NCBI GenBank assembly: GCA_011052165.1
Contig: DRJN01000461.1
Span: forward strand, 1-34,416
Source of the DNA: Gammaproteobacteria bacterium
GTDB lineage: Bacteria; Pseudomonadota; Gammaproteobacteria; UBA6429; Thiohalophilaceae
DNA length: 34,416 nucleotides
Direction: 5' to 3'
Shown: positions 8,563 to 17,088 of the stretch, in pieces
Position numbering within the stretch: the stretch's first letter is position 1
Layout of the letters: every line of letters begins with the position of its first letter
Made by a program: the position numbers and the translations under genes
The notes under the pieces: model-generated
The model's database searches: none
What the model was told of the DNA's origin: nothing
Seen by the model: the letters and a program-made list of their open reading frames with translations, nothing else

Positions 8563-9879
8563 TCATTTCCCCGTTTTCTGTCCATGCGCGATCTTCGGCC
8601 AGTAGGTTTCTAAATTAAAGCTCGGGCTGTGGATACCCACATGACACTGGGCGCATATCTGTTTCTTTTTCCACTGATGGTTTCCCGTGGGGGTTTTTCC
8701 ATCAGAGTCCACATGCGCCTGTGCCGGGCCGTGGCAGGATTCGCATTGTACGCCGCTTAAATGAGGGGTCAGTCCGGCGTTCAGAAAACCGCCAGGCCGG
8801 TTGAAGCCTACGCTGTGACAGGCGACGCAGTTGGGATCAAAATTTTTGCCCACGGATTCAAGATCTTCGTAGGCATGGGGATGTCGTGTCTGTTGCCACT
8901 TCTGATATTCCGGCGCATGGCAGGCACGGCACTTTTCGGCACCGGCATACGGACTTTTGCCCTGTTCCCGCTGTTTGCGCAGAGCCACCTGTTTTTCATA
9001 ATCGGTTTTGAGCGCCGCATTATAGGCGGTATACCAGGTTTTGGTGCGTGGTGAGTCGGGTATGGTTTTTGGCAGGGAAATGATCCGCTGTTGCCAGTGG
9101 TGGATGCGGACTCTCTGTGCGTGTTTTCTGACCTCGAATTGTAACAGGCCAAGACGCATACCCCGTGCACCGGGTTGCAGGAGCAGGGTGTTTTTTATTT
9201 GCACCGGTTTCGCAAATTTATCCTGACGGGAAGGAATAATAAGTATATCGATATTCTTTAGCGGCAGGATCTTTTTTGCCGCTGCCAGGCGCAGGTTGGT
9301 GGTGACCACGGTAATAGTGCCGGTGTTTTTTGCCGTCGCCAGTTTTTTTGCGAGCCGTTTCTGCGCCGACATGGTTTCAGCGTGCGGATCTTTGAGCAGG
9401 GTTTGTGGCGGCAATACCGACCACTGGAAGAAAGTGAAGGACTGTGATTGGCGATGCAGCGTTTTTTGATAAGCAAAGGTGGGTTTGCCGTACGCGTTGC
9501 TGAGAATGAAGGGCAGCTTGTATCGTTTGAGGAAGTGGGCGCCAAAGGCGAGATCCCGCGCCTGCACGCCGATGACATCGTAATTTAAAAATTTCATGCC
9601 GCGCAGAATATAGTCGCTGCGAATACGGTCTGAAGGCATTTCAGCTATCAGCAATCCGCCGCTGGAAACAAATAGCAGATCGGGGTTTTGCCGGCGCAGT
9701 TGATCGATCATCGTGACCTGGCGTTTGATGCCGCCAAGGTCGCCCTCAAGAGTACAGCCGCAGGGTTCGAGTTCGCCGTTTAGATTGCCGGTATAGACAA
9801 GGGTATAAGAGGCCATAGCCGCGTGGTTTAGAAGCAGCAAAAGACACATAAGAGTGAAACCGGGTTTTATCATAAACAT
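8563..9879 (-). CDS. Secreted fusion protein: degenerate metallophosphoesterase/5'-nucleotidase-like domain plus C-terminal tetrahaem c-type cytochrome module
   Basis: 438 aa. It has a signal peptide (MFMIKPGFTLMCLLLLLNHAAMA|SY). Four CXXCH haem-binding motifs lie at residues 317-321 (CRACH), 351-355 (CVACH), 379-383 (CESCH) and 409-413 (CAQCH). The N-terminal region resembles the calcineurin-like phosphoesterase fold, but the metal-ligand motifs are replaced. Confidence 0.8.
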   Translation of the reverse strand: MFMIKPGFTLMCLLLLLNHAAMASYTLVYTGNLNGELEPCGCTLEGDLGGIKRQVTMIDQLRRQNPDLLFVSSGGLLIAEMPSDRIRSDYILRGMKFLNYDVIGVQARDLAFGAHFLKRYKLPFILSNAYGKPTFAYQKTLHRQSQSFTFFQWSVLPPQTLLKDPHAETMSAQKRLAKKLATAKNTGTITVVTTNLRLAAAKKILPLKNIDILIIPSRQDKFAKPVQIKNTLLLQPGARGMRLGLLQFEVRKHAQRVRIHHWQQRIISLPKTIPDSPRTKTWYTAYNAALKTDYEKQVALRKQREQGKSPYAGAEKCRACHAPEYQKWQQTRHPHAYEDLESVGKNFDPNCVACHSVGFNRPGGFLNAGLTPHLSGVQCESCHGPAQAHVDSDGKTPTGNHQWKKKQICAQCHVGIHSPSFNLETYWPKIAHGQKTGK

Positions 9880-9900
9880 AGATTTTTAGCCCTTAGATCG

Positions 9901-9947
9901 GTGGGCTTCCCCTCTGGACTTCGCACTTTGTTCTACCCATCCTACCC
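9901..9947 (-). repeat. 47-nt intergenic repeat (GGGTAGGATGGGTAGAAC.AAGTGCGAAGTCCAGAGGG.AA.CCCA.), copy 1
   Basis: The reverse complement matches 29759-29805 at 43 of 47 positions (counted by hand). It lies directly upstream of the cytochrome-fusion start codon. Confidence 0.7.
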
Positions 9948-9962
9948 TTATTTTAGATTTTT

Positions 9963-9987
9963 GTAGAGCGAAGGGAAACCCGTCAAT
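9963..9987 (+). repeat. Short variant of the same repeat (GTAGAGCGAAGGGAAACCCGTCAAT)
   Basis: It aligns to the 29759 copy with a 13-nt internal deletion: GTAGA.CGAAG / GGGAAA(A)CCC.TCAAT. It is in inverted orientation relative to 9901-9947. Confidence 0.5.
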
Positions 9988-10048
9988 TTTCATTCGACAT
10001 TTTACGCTAAATTTTATTCCGAGTCTGAAATCCGGTACACTTTATCCT

Positions 10049-10386
10049 GGAGTCGGCCAGACAGTCGCTGGGAAAATTTTCCTGGAGGAAAGTCCGGGCT
10101 CCACAGGGCAGGGTGCCAGGTAACGCCTGGGGGGCGCGAGCCTACGGCCAGTGCAACAGAAAATATACCGCCAGTTTCGACTGGTAAGGGTGAAAAGGTG
10201 CGGTAAGAGCGCACCGCGTCGGTGGTAACACTCGGCGGCATGGTAAACCCCACCTGGAGCAAGGCCAAATAGGGGAACGTTAAGTGTGGCCCGCACGGTT
10301 CCCGGGTAGGCTGCTTGAGGCATGCGGTGACGTATGTCCAGATGAATGGCTGTCCAAGACAGAACCCGGCTTATCGGCCGACTCCT
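10049..10386 (+). ncRNA. rnpB: RNase P RNA, bacterial type A (M1 RNA)
   Basis: Nearly all universally conserved blocks are present in order: GGAGGAAAGTCCGGGCTCCA, AGGGCAGGGTGCCAGGTAACGCCTGGG, GTGCAACAGAAA, GGTAAGGGTGAAAAGGTGCGGTAAGAGCGCACCG, GGTAAACCCCACCTGGAGCAAGGCCAAATAGGGG, CCCGGGTAGGCTGCTTGAG and AGATGAATGGCTGTCC..GACAGAACCCGGCTTATCGG. The P1 stem GGAGTCGGCC (10049-10058) pairs with GGCCGACTCC (10376-10385), and a T-run follows. The ends are accurate to a few nt. Confidence 0.95.
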
Positions 10387-10584
10387 TTATTTTTTAAATA
10401 ATAATTGATCTATACTGCGCAGTTTCTTCCTCCTAAGCTACTTTATAAATTCACTGCAAGTTATTGTTTTGCCTGTCTTCCGTCCCTGCGAAAAGGGTGG
10501 TTTTCGGCTCTTTAACCACTTTAGTCCACTGCTCTAAGTCATTGTCATTAAAGAAAGAATTCTTGTTTTTGTAGGTTTGTCAGC

Positions 10585-10614
10585 TTGACACCAGGGGCGT
10601 CTCCTACCTATAGT
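10585..10614 (+). promoter_or_regulatory. Candidate sigma-70 promoter of the dcw cluster (Pmra): TTGACA-N18-TATAGT
   Basis: A perfect -35 hexamer at 10585-10590 and a near-consensus -10 at 10609-14, about 75 nt upstream of the corrected mraZ start. The call is from sequence only, and the transcription start site is not mapped. Confidence 0.6.
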
Positions 10615-10648
10615 GTATCAAAGTGGATCAATGTGGGGATAAATGGGT
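10613..10648 (+). promoter_or_regulatory. Candidate MraZ operator: four direct GTG(G/T)-type boxes at exact 10-nt spacing
   Basis: GTGTA (10613), GTGGA (10623), GTGGG (10633) and ATGGG (10643). The array overlaps the -10 and predicted start site. E. coli MraZ is known to bind TGGGN direct repeats with 10-bp periodicity at Pmra. Confidence 0.5.
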
Positions 10649-10689
10649 TCCGAGACCCTGATGTTCCGACAGACTTCAGGAGCAGGCGT

Positions 10690-11142
10690 TTGTTACGCGG
10701 TATAAATACACTCAATCTGGATGCAAAGGGGCGCATGGCGATCCCGAGTCGCTATCGCGAGCGTCTGCTTAGTCAGTGCGAGGGCCAGGTGGTGGTGACA
10801 CGGGATGTGTGCGATCCCTGTCTGCTGCTTTATCCCCTGCCGGATTGGGAAGTTCTGGAGCGGGATTTACAGGGTCTGAAAAACGTGGATCCCGAGACCC
10901 GGCGATATCAGCGGATTCTGATTGGTCATGCTGCCGATCTGGATATGGATGGCAACGGGCGGATTCTCCTGCCACCAAATTTGCGCAAGGTGGTCGGGCT
11001 GGATAAGCACATTGCCCTGGTGGGGCAGGCCAACAAGTTTGAAATCTGGGACGAACAAACCTGGAACAAGCAGTGTGAGGAGATGCTGGTGAGCAACGGT
11101 AATCTCAAAGCCTCTGAACAGCTTGAGTCGTTGTCGCTATAA
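10690..11142 (+). CDS. mraZ: Transcriptional regulator MraZ
   Basis: I moved the start to the TTG at 10690, giving (M)LRGINTLNLDAKGRMAIPSRYRE, which matches the conserved MraZ N-terminus (MFRG...). An AGGAG lies at 10677-10681. The longest ORF (from 10585) would begin inside the promoter. The protein has two SpoVT/AbrB-like repeats (DAKGRMAIP and DGNGRILLP). Confidence 0.9.
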   Translation: MLRGINTLNLDAKGRMAIPSRYRERLLSQCEGQVVVTRDVCDPCLLLYPLPDWEVLERDLQGLKNVDPETRRYQRILIGHAADLDMDGNGRILLPPNLRKVVGLDKHIALVGQANKFEIWDEQTWNKQCEEMLVSNGNLKASEQLESLSL

Positions 11143-12081
11143 ATGATGATGCAGCAGACTAAACATCGGCCGGTGCTCCTGGATGAGGCGCTGGCCGCGC
11201 TGAACATTACTCCTGCGGGCTGTTATGTGGATGGGACTTTTGGCCGGGGAGGCCATAGCGCCGCTATTCTGGAGGCTTTGAACGATGAGGGAAAATTGTT
11301 GGCCCTGGACAAGGATCCCGAGGCTATTGAGGCGGCGAACCGGCATTTTGCCCATGATCCGCGCTTTATCATCCGACAGGACAGCTTTGCCATGATGAAG
11401 CAGCACGTTGCCGCTCTGGGCCGGATCGGTCAGGTGGATGGCATTCTGCTGGATCTGGGCGTGTCGTCACCCCAACTGGATGATGCCAGCCGTGGTTTCA
11501 GCTTTCAGAAAGAGGGGCCGCTGGATATGCGCATGAATCCGCAGCAGGGACAGTCCGCCGCCGAATGGCTGGCGGGGGCCCGGGAACAGGAGATTGTGCA
11601 AGTATTAAAAGAATACGGTGAAGAGCGGTTTGCCCGGCGTATTGCCCGCGCCATTGTTCAGGCGGGCAGGAAAAAGCCCATTATTACCACCAAACAACTG
11701 GCTGACATTGTGGCTGAGGCGAATCCTGCCTGGGAAAAAGGCAAGGATCCGGCCACGCGCAGTTTTCAGGCTATCCGTATTTACATCAATCGCGAGCTGG
11801 ATGATCTGGAACAGGTACTGGAACAGGCGGATGCGATCCTCAGGCCGGGAGGGCGCTTGGTCGTCATCAGTTTTCATTCACTGGAAGACCGGCGGGTGAA
11901 GCGTTTCATGCGTGATGCCGCCCGCGGGGATGCTTTTCCGCCGGATTTGCCTGTCACTCAGGCCCAGCTCAATCCGAGTCTGCGTCTGCGGGGCAAGGCG
12001 GTACGTGCCGGCGAGATCGAGCTTGCGCAAAATCCGCGAGCGCGCAGTGCGATTATGCGTGTGGCTGAACGGCTGGACTGA
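11143..12081 (+). CDS. rsmH: 16S rRNA (cytosine1402-N4)-methyltransferase RsmH
   Basis: 312 aa with [10 protein letters not shown], the SAM-binding [19 protein letters not shown] and [11 protein letters not shown]. It starts immediately after the mraZ stop. Confidence 0.95.
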   Translation: MMMQQTKHRPVLLDEALAALNITPAGCYVDGTFGRGGHSAAILEALNDEGKLLALDKDPEAIEAANRHFAHDPRFIIRQDSFAMMKQHVAALGRIGQVDGILLDLGVSSPQLDDASRGFSFQKEGPLDMRMNPQQGQSAAEWLAGAREQEIVQVLKEYGEERFARRIARAIVQAGRKKPIITTKQLADIVAEANPAWEKGKDPATRSFQAIRIYINRELDDLEQVLEQADAILRPGGRLVVISFHSLEDRRVKRFMRDAARGDAFPPDLPVTQAQLNPSLRLRGKAVRAGEIELAQNPRARSAIMRVAERLD

Positions 12082-12094
12082 GGCGAGCGTGAAA

Positions 12095-12370
12095 ATGCCG
12101 TCTCTCGTTCCGCTTTTGCTTTTAATGGCGCTGGTGGAGTTCTCAGCGCTGGCGGTGGTTTATAGCAAGCACCAGAGTCGTAAACTGTTTGTGGAACTGA
12201 ACAGCCTGCAAAAAACGCGCGATGCAATGGACGTGGAATGGGGGCAGTTACAACTGGAGCAGAGTGCCTGGGCGACCAGTGGGCGCATCGAAAAACTGGC
12301 GCGTCAGCAACTGAATATGACGTCAATAGAATATAAAAAGATCATTATTGTTAAAATCGTCAAACCATGA
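12095..12370 (+). CDS. ftsL: Cell division protein FtsL
   Basis: I moved the start to the ATG at 12095 (GTG at 12089 is also possible). This gives 91 aa with one TM helix (LVPLLLLMALVEFSALAVVY) followed by a coiled coil (LFVELNSLQKTRDAMDVEWGQLQLEQSAW...IEKLARQQLNM), like E. coli FtsL. The longest ORF (from 11912) overlaps the rsmH 3' end in another frame. Confidence 0.8.
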   Translation: MPSLVPLLLLMALVEFSALAVVYSKHQSRKLFVELNSLQKTRDAMDVEWGQLQLEQSAWATSGRIEKLARQQLNMTSIEYKKIIIVKIVKP

Positions 12371-12388
12371 TGAGCGAGCGGACATCGA

Positions 12389-14131
12389 GTGAATAAACAC
12401 AGTGCAGGCAATCAACCCGTCAGGCCCTTTCGCCTCGGCGTGGTGGTGGTGTTGGTGCTGACAGCGGCTCTGTTGTTGCTCTGGCGGAGCGTGGATCTGG
12501 ATGTATTGCGCAAGGATTTTCTCCAGCATCAGGGGGATGCCCGCTATTTACGGGTGATGCCGATAGCGGCGCACCGGGGCATGATCCTGGATCGTAACGG
12601 TGAGCCGCTGGCGATTAGTACGCCGGTGGATTCGGTCTGGGTGCAGCCGAAGGATTTTATTCGTGCGCATGAGCAATGGCCGCGCATTGCCCGCCTGCTG
12701 AAGATGAAAGTCAGCGATTTGGAACGCGAGGTGTTGCCGCGGCGAAAACGGGAATTTGTTTATATTAAACGGCATATTGTACCGCATCTGGCGGCTGAGG
12801 TCATGGCCCTGGAAATTCCCGGCGTCTCCCTGCGGCGTGAATATCAGCGTTACTATCCGACTGGTGAAGTGGCGGCTCATGTGCTGGGTTTTACCAACGT
12901 GGACGATGTGGGGCAGGAGGGAATGGAACTGGCCTGGAACAGTTGGTTGCAGGGTGTGCCGGGTTCGCAACGGGTGCTGAAAGATCGTCTGGGGCGGGTC
13001 GTTAAACATATTGAACTGATTCGCAAAGCCCATCCGGGCAAGGATCTGGTGCTGAGTCTCGATCGTCGGCTGCAATACCTCGCTTACCGTGAGCTGAAGC
13101 GCATGGTGATTAAACAGAATGCGCGTTCCGCTTCGGCCGTGATTCTGGATTCGCGCACCGGCGAAGTGTTGGCGATGGTCAACCAGCCGTCCTACAACCC
13201 CAACGATCGGGACCAGTTGCGCGGCGCAAACTATCGCAATCGCGCGGTCACCGATGTCTTTGAACCCGGTTCGACGGCGAAACCCTTTACCGTGGCGGCC
13301 GCGCTGGAAAGCGGCAAGTATACGCCGCAGACGCTTATCGATACAACGCCGGGTGTCTTCAGGATTGGCCGTTATCTCATCCACGATGCCCGCGATTACG
13401 GCCTCATCAGCGTATCCACTGTGATTCAGAAATCCAGCAATGTCGGCGCCAGTAAGATAGCGCTGTCGCTCGATCCGGATCGCCTCTGGCGCGCTTATGC
13501 CCGGGTGGGCTTTGGCGAGACCACCGGCAGTGGATTTCCCGGTGAAGTCAGCGGTGTGTTCACCCGCAGTCACCCCTGGCCTGCCGTCGAACGCGCAAGT
13601 CTGGCCTACGGCTATGGCGTGTCGGTGACCGCCCTGCAACTGGCGCGGGCCTATATGGTACTGGCCAATGATGGCCGGGAGCTACCGGTGCGTTTTTTAC
13701 CTCCATCAGCCGATGATGCGGTTCTTCGGGGTAAGCAGGTGATGCCGGTTAATATTGCCCGGGCCGTGCGGCGCATGATGGAGAGGGTGGTGGAAAAAGG
13801 CGGTACCGGTACCCGTGCCGCAATTCCCGGGTATCGCGTGGCCGGTAAGACCGGAACCATGAAAAAAGCGGTGGGCGGAGGCTATAGTGATGATCGTTAT
13901 GTCTCCGTTTTCGCGGGTATGGCCCCGGCCAGCAACCCCCGCCTGGTGATGGTGGTGGTGGTGAATGAGCCGCGTAACGGGGTTTATTATGGTGGCCTGG
14001 TGGCGGCGCCGGTCTTTGCGCGGGTGATGTCCGGCGCTTTGCGTCTGTTGAATATTCCGCCGGACGATGTTTCCAGCCAACCGGTGACGCTGGCCGCACT
14101 CTCCATTGCCCGTGCGGGAGGCCCTCCATGA
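12389..14131 (+). CDS. ftsI: Peptidoglycan D,D-transpeptidase FtsI (PBP3)
   Basis: 580 aa with a GTG start and an N-terminal TM helix. The transpeptidase motifs are STAK (GSTAKPF), SSN (KSSNVG) and KTGT (AGKTGTMKK). Confidence 0.95.
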   Translation: MNKHSAGNQPVRPFRLGVVVVLVLTAALLLLWRSVDLDVLRKDFLQHQGDARYLRVMPIAAHRGMILDRNGEPLAISTPVDSVWVQPKDFIRAHEQWPRIARLLKMKVSDLEREVLPRRKREFVYIKRHIVPHLAAEVMALEIPGVSLRREYQRYYPTGEVAAHVLGFTNVDDVGQEGMELAWNSWLQGVPGSQRVLKDRLGRVVKHIELIRKAHPGKDLVLSLDRRLQYLAYRELKRMVIKQNARSASAVILDSRTGEVLAMVNQPSYNPNDRDQLRGANYRNRAVTDVFEPGSTAKPFTVAAALESGKYTPQTLIDTTPGVFRIGRYLIHDARDYGLISVSTVIQKSSNVGASKIALSLDPDRLWRAYARVGFGETTGSGFPGEVSGVFTRSHPWPAVERASLAYGYGVSVTALQLARAYMVLANDGRELPVRFLPPSADDAVLRGKQVMPVNIARAVRRMMERVVEKGGTGTRAAIPGYRVAGKTGTMKKAVGGGYSDDRYVSVFAGMAPASNPRLVMVVVVNEPRNGVYYGGLVAAPVFARVMSGALRLLNIPPDDVSSQPVTLAALSIARAGGPP

Positions 14132-15687
14132 TGAGCGCAGTGGTGGTCAAACCGATGATGCTCAGAGAGTTATTGACAGATATTGTCCATCTGCCGGCCG
14201 AAGCCGACCGGGTGGTGACCGGGCTTTGTCCGGACAGCCGGGTACTTCGTGGCGGCGATATTTTTATTGCGCTGAATAGTCTGGGTAGCACAGGGCATAA
14301 GGCCGGCGCCTTCATCGATGCGGCGATTGCGCAGGGCGCGCAGGCGGTGCTCTGGGAAAGCGAAGCCGATTTGCCAGCAGTAGAACTGGGTTGGAGGACG
14401 GCGGCGGCGGGCGGGAAAATTCCGCTGATTGCGGTGGCCGGGCTGGCCTCGAAGCTGGGCCTGATCGCCGATCGTTTCTATGATGAGCCTTCGAAATACC
14501 TGTCGATTACCGGTATTACCGGCACTAATGGGAAGACTTCGATTAGCCAGTACCTGGCTCAGTGTTTGGTGGCGGATGGGGCCTGCGGGGTTATGGGCAC
14601 GCTGGGCGTGGGTGTTCTGACGCCGGATGCTGCGGAGGCTGAATTACAGTCCACCGGCTACACCACCCCCGATGCTCTGCGCAGTCATCGGTGGCTGGCC
14701 GAGATGCGCGCACGGGCGGTGACCGGGATCAGCATGGAAGTGTCCTCGCACGCGCTGGCGCAGGGGCGGGTGAAGGGCATTCGGTTTGACTGTGCCGTGT
14801 TCAGCAACCTCAGCCGTGATCATATGGATTATCACGGCGATATGCAGACTTATGCCCAGGTTAAGGCCGGGCTGTTTGCCGTGCCGGGCCTGAAACAGGC
14901 GGTGATCAATGTGGATGACCCCTATGGCCGTGAACTGGCCACCGAGCTGGCGCAGCGAGAGGGCTTGTCAATTATTCGCTACGGGCTGCAAGGGCAGAAT
15001 CAACCCGATGTTCTGGCGCAGGATTTGAGACTCAATGCGCAGGGCTTGTCCATGCAGGTCGTGACCCCCTGGGGTTCCTCGCCCTTACATGTCCCCCTGC
15101 TGGGTCGCTTCAGTGCCAGTAATGTGCTGGCCGTGCTGGCGGTACTGGGGCAAAAAGGGTGGCCGTTGAAACAGATCATGGCCCGTTTGCAGACGCTGAA
15201 ACCGGTGGCCGGGCGTATGCAGTGTCTGGGTGGAGGCGAGCAACCCCTGGTGGTGGTGGATTATGCGCACACGCCCGATGCTCTGGAACAGGCCTTGCTG
15301 GCGGTGCGGGAACATACCCGTGAACAATGCTGGTGTGTGTTTGGTTGTGGTGGCAACCGTGATCAGGGCAAGCGTGCGCTGATGGGTAAAGTGGCGGCAC
15401 GGCTGGCGGATCAGATCATATTGACCAACGACAACCCGCGCCGGGAAGCGCCGGAAAAGATTCTGGCGGATATCCAGCAGGGCATAGGTGAGGATAAAGC
15501 GTTCATGCTCGAAGCGGATCGCGCCGCCGCCATCGCGCTGGCGATTACTCAGGCGCAGGCCGGAGATGTGGTGCTGATTGCCGGCAAAGGCCATGAAGAT
15601 TATCAGATTACTGGCGCAGACAAACGGCCCTTCAGTGATGTGGGCGAGGCGAAAAAACAGTTGTTGAAAAAAGTGGGTGAAGCATGA
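14128..15687 (+). CDS. murE: UDP-N-acetylmuramoyl-L-alanyl-D-glutamate--2,6-diaminopimelate ligase MurE
   Basis: 519 aa with the Mur ligase P-loop GITGTNGKTS and a DNPR motif (LTNDNPRRE), which is characteristic of meso-DAP-adding MurE. It has an ATGA overlap with ftsI. Confidence 0.95.
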   Translation: MMSAVVVKPMMLRELLTDIVHLPAEADRVVTGLCPDSRVLRGGDIFIALNSLGSTGHKAGAFIDAAIAQGAQAVLWESEADLPAVELGWRTAAAGGKIPLIAVAGLASKLGLIADRFYDEPSKYLSITGITGTNGKTSISQYLAQCLVADGACGVMGTLGVGVLTPDAAEAELQSTGYTTPDALRSHRWLAEMRARAVTGISMEVSSHALAQGRVKGIRFDCAVFSNLSRDHMDYHGDMQTYAQVKAGLFAVPGLKQAVINVDDPYGRELATELAQREGLSIIRYGLQGQNQPDVLAQDLRLNAQGLSMQVVTPWGSSPLHVPLLGRFSASNVLAVLAVLGQKGWPLKQIMARLQTLKPVAGRMQCLGGGEQPLVVVDYAHTPDALEQALLAVREHTREQCWCVFGCGGNRDQGKRALMGKVAARLADQIILTNDNPRREAPEKILADIQQGIGEDKAFMLEADRAAAIALAITQAQAGDVVLIAGKGHEDYQITGADKRPFSDVGEAKKQLLKKVGEA

Positions 15688-17087
15688 GCGCGCAGGCCGA
15701 TATGACCTGCTCGCGGGGATTCTGCATGCCTTTGTATGAGGCTGCAAAAGTGCTGCGTGCGGCGGGCATGAGCGTCGCCGTGCAGGGCGCGGATATTCTG
15801 CTTAAAGGCGTGAGTACGGACACGCGCAGCCTGCAAAAGGGCGAGTTGTTTATCGCCCTGAGCGGGCCGAATTTCGATGGTAATACCTTTGCTGAAAAAG
15901 CTCTGAAAAGTGACGCCGCCGCCTGTTTACTGGAACGGGACAGGGGCGTGGCGCCTGCGCTGATCGTCGATGACAGCCGCCGGGCACTGGGGCTGCTGGC
16001 GCAAGCCTGGCGCCAGCGTTTCAGCCTGCCGCTGGTGGCGGTGACCGGCAGTAACGGCAAGACTACGGTGAAGGACATGCTGGCCAGTATTTTCAGCCGC
16101 AAAGGCCGGGTGCTGGCGACGCGCGGTAATCTGAACAATGACATCGGTATGCCCCTGACCCTGCTGCGCCTGAACTCCTCATACGACTATGCGGTGATTG
16201 AAATGGGCGCCAACCACGCCGGAGAGATTGCATATCTAAGCGAACTGGCGGTCCCCGATGTGGCTTTGATCACCAATGCAGCGGCCGCACATCTGGCGGG
16301 CTTTGGCAGTCTCGAAGGTGTGGCCCAGGCCAAGGGCGAAATTTATTCCGGCCTGGCGGCAGGGGGGTGCGCGGTGATGAATGCCGATGATGCCTTTGTC
16401 TCGCTGTGGCATAAGATTATGGCAAATGAAAAGCGAAACCTGCGCTGCCTGGATTTTGCCAGTGTGGCTAAAGCGGACGTGCACGCAAGCTGGCCTGCGA
16501 CCGATGGCCAGGTGAAAATAAATACGCCGGAAGGTGAGTTTGATCTCAGACTGGCCCTGCCAGGGCGGCACAATCTTATGAATGCGCTGGCCGCCAGCGC
16601 CGTTGCCATGGCGGTCGGTGTTGATCCGGCTTCGATTCGGGTCGGACTGGAAGCGATGCAGACGGTGCCCGGACGGTTGCAATTAAAGACTGGAGTAGCG
16701 GGAAGCCGTATTCTCGATGATACCTACAATGCCAACCCGGCTTCGATAAAAGCCGCTCTGGAGGTCCTGCAGGATTTCTCCGGGCGCCATTTTCTGGCGC
16801 TGGGGGATATGGCTGAACTGGGGAAGGACGAAAAAATGCTGCATGCACAGACAGGTGAACAGGCGCGCGCCAGCGGCGTGCAGCGTCTTTATACCCTGGG
16901 TGCGTTATCGCGTGCGGCGGCGACGGCCTTTGGCGGGGAGGCGCAGATCTTTAGCAGCCACAGCAGCATGCTCGAACGCCTGCACGAAGATCTCGACGCC
17001 GATGTCACCTTGCTGGTAAAAGGCTCACGGCGCATGCAAATGGATAAAATCGTCCATGCGTTGAGTGTCGACGGGGAGGGTTGTTGA
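15684..17087 (+). CDS. murF: UDP-N-acetylmuramoyl-tripeptide--D-alanyl-D-alanine ligase MurF
   Basis: 467 aa with the P-loop VTGSNGKTT and DDTYNANP. It has an ATGA overlap with murE. An internal start at M15 (15726) cannot be excluded. Confidence 0.9.
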   Translation: MSAQADMTCSRGFCMPLYEAAKVLRAAGMSVAVQGADILLKGVSTDTRSLQKGELFIALSGPNFDGNTFAEKALKSDAAACLLERDRGVAPALIVDDSRRALGLLAQAWRQRFSLPLVAVTGSNGKTTVKDMLASIFSRKGRVLATRGNLNNDIGMPLTLLRLNSSYDYAVIEMGANHAGEIAYLSELAVPDVALITNAAAAHLAGFGSLEGVAQAKGEIYSGLAAGGCAVMNADDAFVSLWHKIMANEKRNLRCLDFASVAKADVHASWPATDGQVKINTPEGEFDLRLALPGRHNLMNALAASAVAMAVGVDPASIRVGLEAMQTVPGRLQLKTGVAGSRILDDTYNANPASIKAALEVLQDFSGRHFLALGDMAELGKDEKMLHAQTGEQARASGVQRLYTLGALSRAAATAFGGEAQIFSSHSSMLERLHEDLDADVTLLVKGSRRMQMDKIVHALSVDGEGC

Positions 17088-17088
17088 G

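Noticed and set aside
10014-10323. Two minus-strand ORFs (84 and 93 aa) in the rsmI-mraZ interval.
   Set aside because: They overlap the RNase P RNA gene, whose conserved blocks explain the sequence completely. The open frames are incidental.
10585-10689. N-terminal extensions in the longest-ORF track: mraZ from 10585, lpoA to 4559, ftsL from 11912, mraY from 17065, murG from 20736, ddl from 24233 and ftsQ from 25179.
   Set aside because: The extensions run through promoters or the 3' ends of upstream genes and are not conserved-looking. Downstream in-frame starts restore the canonical N-termini and have Shine-Dalgarno sequences at the proper spacing.
12548-13639. 363-aa ORF antisense to ftsI. 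Similar long antisense or out-of-frame ORFs lie inside dcw genes and secA: 15085-15747, 18372-19439, 21072-21926, 23545-24465, 24986-25684, 26025-26747, 27362-28018, 32586-33233 and 33750-34256.
   Set aside because: All lie entirely within strongly supported conserved genes on the opposite strand or in another frame. Their translations are low-complexity and rich in R, P, H, G and Q. They carry no recognisable motifs. This is the usual shadow-ORF effect in GC-rich coding DNA.
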